Source: Adineta vaga (lineage: Eukaryota > Animalia > Rotifera). Taken from it: a stretch of 64,000 bases of DNA. A model generated the notes under the pieces. That model ran no database searches. It saw only the letters and a program-made list of their open reading frames with translations, and was not told where the DNA came from. Shown one piece after another: positions 37,531-50,378 of this stretch. The number at the start of each line of letters is the position of its first letter. Position 1 is the stretch's first letter. A program made the translations under genes and the position numbers. Where the stretch lies: the NCBI GenBank assembly GCA_021613535.1, contig CP075497.1:2604001-2668000 (forward strand), written 5' to 3'.

Positions 37531-40500
37531 TCAGGATGATAAGGGTTCATCATTATCATCCGCATTTCTTGCTGCTGGAGGTGTTCGGAGATCTACAAGA
37601 CCTTTTTCACGTATTACTTTCAAGGCAGCTTGTTCAGCAGCACGAACAACATCTTCACTATGATCAACTAATGATATGATATTGACACCATCCCATTGAA
37701 CACCACATGAATTAAGTAATTCATGAACCTACAAAGAAAGAAATATACAAATCATTATTTGAATAAACTCTACCGAAAATGCATCTTTTGAATGCGGTTT
37801 TGCCTTAAAATTCATCGACGATAATGTAAGACGTATCTTTCTATTTGAGGTGCTAACTTATCATCTCTTCAGACAGAAAATAATCTTCTCAACATAAAAA
37901 ATGACATCTTCATATACTCTTCTACTTATTATTAGCTACGTTAGAGGATACAGTAAGACATATATCTGAATTGATGCTCAAGTTCATAGAGAAAAAACCA
38001 AAATATCATAGTAATCTTACATCACTGTCTGTAACAGGTATTTCCTGTGTTCCACCTGCTGTTGTTTCTAATAGCATTCGTACATCAAAACCAGCTGCTT
38101 GTTCATCGTAATGTATAGCTGGATGTTTTCCACGATAAAAAAGAATTCGAGCACGTTCGTTTGCTTCTCGCCAACTTAAACCTCGACCAACACGATGTGA
38201 TGATGTACTACTATTCAATGTTCGATCACCGTTGATAGATGTTGATAGATAATGTCCTGAATCATCATGACCATGTTTTGATGTTCCAAATGCACCTGCA
38301 CGTGGTGGTAATGAAACATACATTTCTTTAATAACTAAAGCTAAAAAGCCAAAAAAATAAAAAGTAAAGATGAGTTTCTCTCTCTCTCTCTGTCTAACTT
38401 ACGCTTTCCATCAAGTCGATCTCTCATCAATGTTTGTACTTCAGGTTTATCAATATCATCAAATTGATTTGTTGCATGTGCTTGTTCAATAACATCAACA
38501 ATTTGATCAATTAATTTTTCATGATTATGTTTAAAATCTTTCTTTAATTTTTCTTTAACATCATTATAATCTTTAAATTGACCAGTTTTTTGTCCTTCTA
38601 AATAATGAAATGTTTTATTAACATAACTTTCAATTTGATGTTCATTATATAAAGATTGATTATAATCTAATAATAAAGCTGTTATTGATGCAACAATTTT
38701 CTTTCGATTGCTTTTTAAATTTTGTCGTGCACGATCTGTTATTAATGATGAAACACGTCGTTTTCCATTGGTATTGATGATATTAATTGATGTGACATCT
38801 TGTTGAGCGGCATTGGGTGATTGTTGTAATAATAATAATCCATCTTTTTGTGCCTGTTTGATTAATTGAACTGCCCGATCACAAAGATCATGTGCTTTGG
38901 AAAATTCTCGTCTCAATTGAGAATTTAATTCATCCCATGTATAGATTAGATTCAAGGAAAGAAGATCTAATGCACGAGTGAGAATTTTACTTAATTCCTT
39001 ATTTTGTTTTTTGGTTATTTTCTTTTCTTTTAATTCATTATCAATTAAATATTGATTTAACCATGCTAAATGATTGGATTTTAATAAATTTTGTTCTTCA
39101 GTTGTTAATAAATTGACTCGATTCATTGTTGGATTATATAAATTAGCTGTTTGAGTTATATTTGAATCGAGAATATCAAGATTGGTTTTTTCATTCATTT
39201 GTGTTATATCACAATGATCAAATGTATCACGAATGATATCAACTGTGGGATCGACAAGATAGAATGTTTGTTTGTATTCAGTTTTTAAATCATTACGAAT
39301 TTGTTCATAAGAAAGTGTTTTGGGTTGAGTAACAAGTGTTAATGTTTTACGGATGATTTTTTCAACTTCTTTTGTATGTTCAGGAAATTGTCGAATTGCT
39401 GGTTGACTTGCTTGAATATGATCACGAAGAACAGTACCTAGTTCTTGACGATGTGTATTTAATTGTGAACGACGACGATCATCAAGTAATCCAGTATTTG
39501 TTATTGTTGTTGGAGTTGACGGTGGAACTTTTGGTTTCGATGCTTTTGATCGACCACAAGTTAAACAAGAATGTGTAGTTGATGATTGTTCTTTTGTTAT
39601 TTGAGGCTTTTCTCTAAAATGAATGAAGAAAAAGAATGAATGAAAAACTATTCTATTATTTATAACATACTCTGTTATGTCTTTGTTAAAATATGTAACG
39701 GTGTCAAATGTTTGTTTAGCCGGAAGACGTACCATCTAAAAAGAGATGAATAATTCATGAGAATATTTTAAAAACCATTAATCATAACTTACATCACGAA
39801 TAGCTAATGGAAATTCAGGTTTATCGAGATTATCTAGACCTTGTTTTTCAATTGTACAATAAAGTGATCGAACAACAGGATCGACAATAAATGCATCATT
39901 TTTATGTTCAACAATTAATTTTTGTTTCAATTCAGGATATGTTGCAACTTTTTTATCTTTAATCAAATCGATTGCATGTGTAAGAATCTTATCGAGAGAT
40001 TTATGATCCTTTTTCGCATCAAACTCATCGATTGATTTCGAAATTTCACCTTCTAAACATTTCTTTAAATCATTTTGTCGAAAGATTAATTTCGATCGTA
40101 ATTCATCATTTATACTGATTCTACGAGTAAAATCATGTCGTGAAAAACTACTTTCACGTTTTGGTAAATTCGTTGATTTTTCAACATGAATATCAGGCAT
40201 TGTTGATGATTTTGTTGTTATACTGGCGAGTGTATCACTACCTAAACCTGAAGTAATGGACGGATGTTGATTAAGATTTTCAATTGTTTGATTTGTTGAT
40301 GATGAATGAAGATGGGATGAGATTATTGCCTCAAGACCGCTATCTGAACGAGATTGAGTTGTGATTGATTCTCCATGTTTCAATGAAGATATATAGGAAT
40401 CACTTTTAGGTGGACCTGATAAATCCAGTTCAGGAATATCCAATGCTGGTGCTTTGATTTCAAATGATGAATGCTTCTTTAATTCACTGTGTGATTCCTA

Positions 40501-43500
40501 GAAAGAAAGAAAATCAATTGTTTCTTTTTGTCGTAGAGCGAGTTGCTTTTCCTTCCTCATATCCATCATGAATATAAATTAAACTATTCTCTCAAGCTGA
40601 AAATAATTCTTTGTTCGTTCCTGTTAATACTTTGATCCAGTTCTAACAAGGAAATCAATTTTTAAGCTGAATAAAATAGTTATTATGTATACTGATCGCG
40701 ATCGAAACATTCCTAAAGGTATCAAGGTCATATAATTTCTATTAATAAATGCTTTTATCGTTGAAAATCAAAAGAAATCCTTCAATCAAACGGAAATCGA
40801 AAAATTCAAGGTTCTTATGTATTTTATGAAACCTACCATATTTCTTTTATTTTCTCAATTTTAATAATATACTTGAGAAAATAATTGCAATTCGAAGTTA
40901 ATTAGAATGAAAACTTAACGTACTTTAATTTCTTCTACAGGTTTCTTTTCCATGGTTGATTTTGAAATCGATGATTCAGTTTTAGTTTCTTCAATTGGTT
41001 CTTTTTCAATAGGTGAAGTAACTAATATCTCTTCGACAGGTTGTGCAGTATGGATAGGTGTCGGACTTGGTGGTCGATCAACAATAAGTTCTTCAGATTG
41101 TTTTTCGACAAGTACTGGCGGAGGAGTTGGTGAACGAATCGTTACTTCTTCTTTTTCTACTGGTTTTTCGTCCACATGCAATTCAGTTGTATGTTGTTCT
41201 TGAGTTTTGGTTTCTATTGATTGCGTAACAACAATTGGTTGTACATCTACTTCATTCACTTTTGTAGGTACAACTGCTTCGGGGCTGGTTGTCTCCGATG
41301 TAACTTTCTTCTCTTCATGAACTGCAGTTTTTTTCGGTGCTTTTCGTTTCTTTTCATGAGTTTGAATACCTGGTAGATGAACTGGTTCTGTTTCAGGTAA
41401 AGTTAAATCAACTGGTGGAAGATCATTACTTGGTGCATGTAGTGAACCTTTAGTTTTCAATGTCGAAGAAATGTTTGATGTTGGAACAGACATGTCAACC
41501 TCGGGTAAATCAACTGTGGGTGCAGTGATTGGTTTTGTTTTTTCTTTTGGTGCTGGAAGAGTTTTTGTTTTTTGAGCATTTGATTTGTTACCAAAACATG
41601 AGCATAAAGCAAGAGTGGAGGATTTCTTTTTGGCTTCTGTTTTTGTTTCAATGACTTCTTTTTGTGCAGTTTTTGTTGATAATGGAGCAATTTCTATGGC
41701 TGGAACGATTTTTGATGTAGCCGATGGAACATCATCGTCGAATGATGGTGGAGAAATAGTTGTATCTTTCGAAAGGATATCGACGGGTTCTTCTGATGGT
41801 AATTGAAAAGTGAAATCAGGAAGTTTTGGCGGAGATTCAATATTTTCACTTTTCTGTACCTAAAATTGCAACAAAGAAAAATATAGAAAAATGTTTATCA
41901 TGAAAAGAAAATTTACGTCGACAATTGTTGGTAGTTCCGGTGGAGGTACAAATTGTGTATCAGTAATAGTATATTTTTGTTCAGTTGATAATAATTCAAC
42001 TTTAGATGACATATCATTTTCATCAGTAGAGAATTGAGGTAATTCCGGAATCGGCTGAAAGACAAATCAAGAGATATAAGTTTAATAAGAAGACGAATTA
42101 TCATGTTGTAATCTTACTGATTCAGTTTCGATTTTATAATCAGTTTCAATTGGAAAATTCTTTTGATCAGTTTGAATATCTAGCATATCTTGAACAGGTG
42201 ATGCTAATGTTAAACCTGCTTCTATTGTAGGTACATGTTCGGGTTCTTTTTCTTGTTTAATTTCTGTAATAATCGGTGTTTTAATTGGTTTTTCTACATC
42301 ATTCAAAACAATTTCTTGTTTGATTTCATTTGATGTAAATTCGAGTACAGGTAATTGAACACTCGGAATTTTCATTAAATCAACATTTGTATCAATTGTT
42401 TGCTGATTATTTTCAGGTAATTGTAGATCTGGTATGAGTGGTAAATTAACACTAGGTATGGCAAATTCTGACGATGTATTGGATACGTCCAGTTGCCATA
42501 TTTACCTCTGGTTTGTTATATTGAGGTAATTCAATATCAGGGGTAGGTAAATCAGTATTTGGTACACGTAAAGGATCACTATCTTGACGATGTGGTGAAC
42601 GTAATTCATTATTTGGTGATAGATCACGTTCGACCGATGGTAAATCAAGTCCTGGTGCTTTCGGTTTACGACCACTATGACAAAACATATTGGAAAATAT
42701 GCCAGGTTTCTTTTCACCTTTCACTTTTGGTTCTTTAACTTTGAGTTCTTTCACTTTGGGTTCTTTAACTTTCTTTGTTTTTGGTGATTTTGCTGGCAAT
42801 GTATAAGACCCTTTAGTACTTGATTCTTTGATTTCAACATTCGGCATTGTTTCAATTTTTGTTTCAATTGTTGATTCTATTTTCGGTTCTTTTAAAACAA
42901 CATCATCACTTGTATCTTGCACGTCAGTTACTTTTTCGTTATTCAAAATCTAAATAAAGTTGACATATAGATTAAAGTACAATTCAATGAAGTTCGACAT
43001 ACTTTTTCTTCAGTATTGAATTGAAGATTTTCCACACTTGGTGTTTCAATCGAACGAGGAACATCATATGTATCATGTATAGGTAATGAATATTCATTTT
43101 CAATAATAGTTAGCGGCACTGGCTCGCCTGATGGTAATTGATAATGAGGTTCTTCGGTCGGTACTATCTTTTCAATAGTAGCATTTAAACGATCTTCTAA
43201 TTGTGGAAGATTCTAATTGAAAACAAAAGACATAAATTATTTTACAATCAAGTTAAAGTTAACTTTTAATATTTACTTCACTGCTCTTTTGAAAAGTTCG
43301 TTCTTGGTATGTGTCAATATTAACACTTGGTAAACTGATCGTTTCTTGAGTGGATACTGGTTGTGGTTGTTCGGATGATTCAATAACTGTTGTAGTTAAA
43401 ATTGTAGTTGTAGCTGGTTCATCTTTTTTTTCTTCTACAACAACTTTGCTTTGTTCAATTGGGGCTTTAACACTTTCAGATGTTGTTGCTTCTTTTTTCT

Positions 43501-46500
43501 TTTTCTCAGCCGCTTTGGCACCAAAACATGAAGCACATAGACCAACACTTGGTTTTTTTATTTTTACCGGTTTTTCAGTTGTTGTTGTCGGCGTTGTTTT
43601 AGCAATTGGTTCTTTCGATTTTTTATGTTTTCCTTTAATAATTGGTAAGGTTGGTAGTGGTCCGGGTTCGACCAACTCAACTTCTGGCAAATCAACAGCT
43701 GCCCCATGGAGATCTATTGTGAGTGGTGATGGTGTTGATTTTGAAATAGTCGATTCTTCATGTTTAGTTGCATGAACAATAATAGGTGGTTCATCAGGTT
43801 GAACGTCAACTGGTTCAATAACTGGTGATCGTGGTTCCAAATGAATATGTGGCTTTTCTTCAGTAACTTCAGCTTGAACATCGACTGGTTCAATAACTGG
43901 TGATCGTGGTTCTAAATGAACGTGTGTCTTTTCTTCAGTAACTTCAGCTTGAACGTCAACTGGTTCGATGATGGGTGATCGTGGTTCTAGATGAACATGA
44001 GGCTTTTCTTCGAAAGTTTCAACATGAATATGATGTTCAGGTTCCGCTGTTGCTGATCGTGGTTCAAGATGAACAATTGGTTTCTCTTCCATTGTTGGTG
44101 TTTGTTCAGTATCAGTTGGCGTCATCGCTCTTTCATATTCGTTGGTTGATTTTGCCTAAATACGATTAACAAAAGTGATTAACAGAATTAACATTAAATG
44201 AAACAAGCATGCATAATCATCGCCTTCATTGACAGATCAGTCTAAACTAATTTATGGATACCCAAGGCAATAAGAGAAAATGCAGACGATTACGAACTAT
44301 TCAGAACGAACACGTTTGTGTATGTATATATATAAACTAGCTTGAAGGATAAATAAGCAATAGAAATCAAAAGGAAATAACCATGCAGAAAAGGTCAACA
44401 GATGCAAATAGATTTTTAATGAATTCTTACAATAGGTAGGACAAATTGAGTATCGAAATTCTCTGGCGTATATGACATATTAAGACCCGGTCGATCCCGA
44501 AATGCATCGATGTAAATGCGTTTACCATCAGGTAAAATCGTATAATCAGTCACTGGTTTCTCTTCAATAGTATTTTTTGTTTGCGAAACATTTGTTTCAT
44601 TAATCTCGACAGCAGATGGTGCTGTTACTGTTGATTGTCCATGTTGTTCAGTTGATGCTTTCGCTTTTTTATTTCCAAAACATGACAATAATCCAGTTGA
44701 CTTTCGTTTTTTTATATAAACAGGTGTTGATGGTCGATCCTCTTTCTTTGCGACTTTTTCAGATGAAACATGAATTGAATCTCTTTTTTTCTCGAGATTT
44801 TCCTTCGTTTCTGCAACTGTTATCGGTTTAGTATCAGTCGAATATGAACTCTCCAGATGTCCATCGTATGTTACATTAGCTTGATCTATAGTCTGGAAAA
44901 AGCGTTTCTTTTTTAAGTTGTATTTATCTCATATTGATCTTCATGATCAAAAATAAATTTTAAAAAAAGAATGAACGGACTCACCTTATCAGATTCATTG
45001 ATTTGATCAGATGTTGGTTCGTTGATAGTTTCAAATTCATTTTTAATTTTACCAACTAAGCTTTCATATGTTCCCGTTGTCATTGAATAGCCCGAATCTG
45101 ATTGACTAAAATCATTTGTTGAAGATTCTTTCATATCACCAATTGGTATTAATGATCGTCCAATATCGAATTGTAAACTTGAATATTCTGTTTTATTTTT
45201 GAGAATTGCATCTGTCAATGAGCGAAATTGTTTTTCATTGAAATCCAGTGTTGGCTCAAAGGATTGTTGTAATTGATATATGAATGGTTCGGATAAATGA
45301 AATTTTTCAAATGTATTCGTTTCAGCAAGATTAAAATCCGCTAAATATTGACCAGCACGATTAATACGTATCAAATTTAATGTTGATTCATCATCTTTTG
45401 AAAGAGGACGAAATAAATGTTTAATTCGTTCAATGGTATCTGGAGATAGACCAAGTTTAGGATCATCAAGATCAAGATATTGATAAGCTATGGCTTCAGC
45501 TAAAGTTATTGGTTTATCGAGTGAAATCTTGCCGAGTGCTTTGCCTAATTGCTCTTCATCGTATACAGGTGTATTTTTCTCCACATCATCAGACATATTG
45601 ATTTCTTTTGTATGCACTAATAGTTCTTGTTTTTTATGTTCGCTGTTGATCACTAAAATAGAGGCATAGAAAAAGCCAGGTTTTTTTTTCGATATATTTT
45701 TAAAAGGATTTGTCGTTCTCTATTTCTCTACCTCGTTTTTTTTTGTTAAATATATGTGTACACAAACGAAATCAACAGAGTTGCTATTGATGTTCTGTGT
45801 TCTGTCAGAGGGAAGAGAGAGAGAGAGAGAGAAAGAGAGCGAAGAAGAAGAAAAATTGAGAGTAAGTAAGTAACATAAAGACAGTACACATCGTCAAATA
45901 GTTTGACGTATAGACAGGTAAAAGTAAGTAATCAAAAGAAAGCACGAACGAACGAACGAACGAAACAAGTAAAGCAATAAATGGCATCTGAATCAAAGCC
46001 GCAACCTTCATTGCTTCCACCCTCATATTTACCAATGACGAACTCAAGTGATTCTTATGATGAAATAACTCTAGGAGTTTCACGCAAAACCAAACAACCA
46101 AATGTAGTTCAGCGATTTCTTGGAAAATTACATGCGACACCATTTAACTACTGATGAACTCAAACCATACTCTATTAATGGATGCAATATCAACAAAACT
46201 GGAAGAACAATGCTAACAAAGAAATAAGAACAGGATATATCTATCTCTATAATATATGACTATTATCTAATCGTGATTATATTTGTACTGTATAATGTAC
46301 TCGACGTATAGTTTTATATATAGATATATAAATACATCATATTCTCTCTTCTATATGCTGAATATTGACATATATGAGTATTAAGATGAGGAATAAGGAT
46401 CAATAGGATAGTGTAGCAAAGGATGATTATTAAGAAGCAATCGAATACCGAAAGAATAATCCTTAAAGATATTCTTATTCGATTTCGATCTGATTATAAC

Positions 46501-49500
46501 TTACCAGTTGGATCAGAATAATGTCCTGGTAACGTCCAACTGCACTTAGACAAAACGTATCGTCGAAATCTCATTGTGTCAATGTAGTGAACTGTTCATA
46601 CATAGACGATCACTCCTTTTTCTATTCACTCGTCCTTAAACAAACACCTTTGTTCACATACATGTGTCACCAATGTATGTGTATATGTCTTTATTGTTTG
46701 TCCAATGGTCATGTCGAAAAAAGGCATGACCTCTCGTTCGCTTGTCAAAAGTGAATACGTGTATAAAAGAGCCTTTCTTTTATTTTCTTCTCTTCATTTT
46801 TTTTACCTCGTGATGTTATTAATTGATCATGATCATCATCACCGTTAGTACTCGAGATAATTAAGGATGACCGAATGCCCGCACATACTTCTAGCCTTTT
46901 TTTTCTTCTCCTCTCTCTCCTTGTTCTTCTTTCTTTCCTTTCTGTTTGTTATAGAAAATAGTAAGACCATTAACAACCACAAATAATGGCAGTCAGCCAA
47001 CTAAATATTCAATGAGCTATAATGATGCAATGGCAAATAGTAAAAGAAAGAAAGAAATCCGATGGGGGTAAGGGCTTATTGTGATTATCTTTCTCCTTCT
47101 CATCTCAGCAATCTATTTATGTATAAGACAAGCAAGAAAAAAATGCTTATAGGAGAATTTTCTTATTATGATTAGGGAAAGAAGTTGTTATGTTAAAGGA
47201 AAAGTCAACTAAGCAACAAGGTTAATGTACGACATTGATCTGTCCATCAGCGTTATTTGTTCATGGAAGTAAAAGAAGGAAAAACTATGAAGACTTATGC
47301 TAACCTTTTTCATCTGGTTGAACATGATGTTGTAAACGTTCAAGTGTATCTTCAATATTTTCGACAAATGGTTTTGTAATAACAGAAATATTCGGTTGAT
47401 TATCTCGTTCATTAAGATATGTTTGAACAATTGTTACATAATCATGATTTTCAGGAAGATTTTTAATGTCTTTCTCATTATGAATTGTTGAAAATGCATT
47501 TAAAATATTAGCTTGTTTATTTGTAAATAATTCTTGATAAGTTTTGACCATTGGTTGAATAAATACATTTGGTGCTAATTCATCGGAATATTCATCGGAA
47601 AGTTGTTCATATAAATTGGTCCATGATGAACAACGATCATGTGATAAATGTTCATAAATTCGTGAAGAAACTTTTCTTCCTTTATCATCTTGATCTTGAG
47701 TAGCAAATAATTTTGATGGAACGAAGATTTTTGAATGAATATATTCAATTAAAAGAGCTTTCTTCTCAGCAATTAAGTGTTTTATATCATCGGATATTAA
47801 TGCTTGATTTTGATTAGATGTTTGAAGATTTGTCGATGTAAGAAGTGCATTTGTTGTTGTAACAGATGCTTTCTTTTTTTGTTTCGATTTTTGTTCAACA
47901 ATAGTTGCAGCTTTTTGCTTACGTTGTTCTTCATCATGATCATTGGCTGTACTACGAGTACATGAACATAAATTGAGACTAGATTTTTTCTTTTTCTTCT
48001 TTGTTTCAACTTGTTTTTGTTCAACATTTGTCGATGGTGCAGTTGTAATTGTTGAAGATGAAAGTGTTTCAGCAACAGGACCACGACCAACAGTTGTTGC
48101 ATCGGCTAACGGTTGATCGATTCTATTCGTTTCTTTTTCATTAAGTTCCATTGCCGATGAATGTTGCTTAATTGGACTATCAGATGGAAAATCACCCGAT
48201 GTGACAATTTCATTCGATGGTTCATAATATTTCTCTTGCACATGTGTTAAACGTGGATGATCAACCCATGAAGATGTTGAATGATATGTTGCAGGAATAT
48301 TATAGATAATTTGCGTTGATGGTAATAATTTATTAACATCATCAATGCCTAATTCTCGTTTAGCACGTTCAAGATCATGTTGATCATTAATAGTTATTGT
48401 TCGAGTTATTTCTGTCACTTCAGTTTTGACAACTTTTGTAATTTTATTATGTGTTTCAGGATCTTGAGCAACAGTTTTTTTCGTTTCAATTTTCTTTTTA
48501 ACTTTACATTCAAGATCTTTGTCTTCTTCAACAGTTGTAACGATTTCTTCAATCATACCTTCATCATCAGATTGAATAGTGCCATCTTCATCTTCGGGAT
48601 CACCACGATCGATACTTCGACCACCAATAAAACGAGCTTTTGCTTTATCAAGTTCATTCGATGCAACTTGTTGAACAGCTTCAATCGTTGATTCCATTTT
48701 TTGTTTATTGTGCTTTTTATTTTTCTTTTCACTTAGTTTTAATTCTTTGCCACTTTCCATGTTTTGTTCAGTAGTTGATAAATCATAAGATGCCAATGGT
48801 AAATTAACACTTGGTATTCCTTCGGAGCGAGGTTTGTCAACGAGAATTCTAAATAGATAAAATAAAATAGATCACTTAACAAAACGAACAAGAGAAGAAT
48901 GACTGATGATGCATGGCACCAACGTTCTTTCTTTCTCTCTCTCTCTCTGTCGCTCTCTTTCTTTCTTTCTTTCTTTCTCTCTTTGTCTTTGTCAAAGGAA
49001 TTCATTTAGAACCAATGAATGATTGAAAATGAAAGGTGCCATACAGTTGTGATTTTGATTAAATACAAGGTTACTTTTGTTATTCTTTTTTTTCTCAATC
49101 AAATATTTTGAATACATACATTTTATACAATAGAAATATGTCGATGATTATTATTAGAATGTTTATTAGCGACATCTGGATTATTAAAGAAATCAATCAA
49201 GGTTAAGAAAACTGTACCTATTCAATATTTGTCGAATGAAAATGAAGATTTTTGAAACACGAAATTAATTAAAAAATGAAAGAAAACAACTGTTCTTCCT
49301 TTTCTTTTCTTCTTAAACTAAAAACTAAATCACATAATCGTCTAGAAATCCAATCATCTAGTGGTACTCATTACCGGAAATAGTCAATTTCAGTTTGATT
49401 CCGTATAGGAATGTCTAATTCTATATTCAAATGTTATTTATATATAAAAGTATGATCACAAGCTTACGGGTTTATTTCACCCAAAGCAATTGTTGACTGA

Positions 49501-50378
49501 GTATAGAGAAAAAAAAACGACCGGAAACACTGTTTCTTTTTATTTTCCCTAGAACACTTTGGTGATTATATACTAAGTCATCACTAGCAATCAGAAGAAC
49601 GTTTTTTCTCTCTTTTTCTTAGAAACTGTAAAATAATAATGATAATAAGACATCGTCACTAGACATGTGTCTTGTTTATTCGTAAAGAATAGAAGAAGAG
49701 AATATATTTTTCCAATTAGTATTTCTTAGTCTTTTCGACAGAATTTTATTTAAGTTTCAATGATCATAACATTCGACTGATTGATCTTTAGATTTCTTTC
49801 CTCTCTAGTTTTTTCTTAAGTGACCTTATATGTATATACATACACGCAAGTGCTTGCCATCGAATAAATGAGTTTGAAATATGAAGCAATACATACATAG
49901 CATTCTTTCTGCTCACTCTTCTAACCTCTTGAACAACTAATTTGATTGACTAACAATAGGTTATGCATGCAAGCATGCATATAAAAGACTACAATATCGA
50001 CTGCACTTATTTTTTATTCATTCATCAAAGGATGAAAAACGCAATCATCTCTGATTATCATTAATTTTCTTACCGAAATCGTTTCTTTCGCAGTACATAG
50101 GGCATTAACTGTTTATGAGTTCTCGGTGTAAGTAAAAGCGTATACGATCCATTTCTTTCAACAACAAGATCAACTCCGGTTAGATGCATTCGTGTTGTTG
50201 TCGGATTTGTATCTGTTGCAGTAGCAGAAGCAGCACTGCCCCTTGCAGTTAGATCATTGGGCAGCACTGCTACTGACACTGAGTTTGGATTGAAAGAATT
50301 ATTGACATTTAAATTGGTAGTATTATTTGCTTCAGAGAGTGGTGTTTGCACCAGTAAACGAGCATTTGAGCAACCCAT
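37531..50378 (-). CDS. Very large uncharacterised protein (roughly 2,800 aa, ~14 exons) with MGC N-terminus, repeated Cys/Lys motifs, P/E/V/K-rich linkers and helical repeats
   Basis: Phase-consistent exon chain: 50378-50074, 48848-47305, 45652-44985, 44892-44431, 44155-43277, 43212-43003, 42949-42118 (contains a frameshift), 42054-~41917, ~41859-~40924, ~40497-~39792, 39735-39671, 39613-38403, 38340-38021, 37728-37531. No known domain recognised. Confidence 0.75.
43798..44089 (-). repeat. Coding tandem repeat, ~75-nt unit x ~4 (EEKPHVHLEPRSPVIEPVDVQAEVT)
   Basis: Visible in both DNA (ggttcaataactggtgatcgtggttc recurs) and protein. Confidence 0.9.
46505..46574 (-). CDS. Candidate internal alternative first exon of the large gene (MRFRRYVLSKCSWTLPGHYSDPT)
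   Basis: 70 nt from ATG to a CTG|gtaagt donor in phase 1, matching the 45652 acceptor. Confidence 0.45.

Noticed and set aside
43798-44089. Regular repeats as a CRISPR-like array
   Set aside because: In-frame coding repeat without unique spacers, in a eukaryotic exon.
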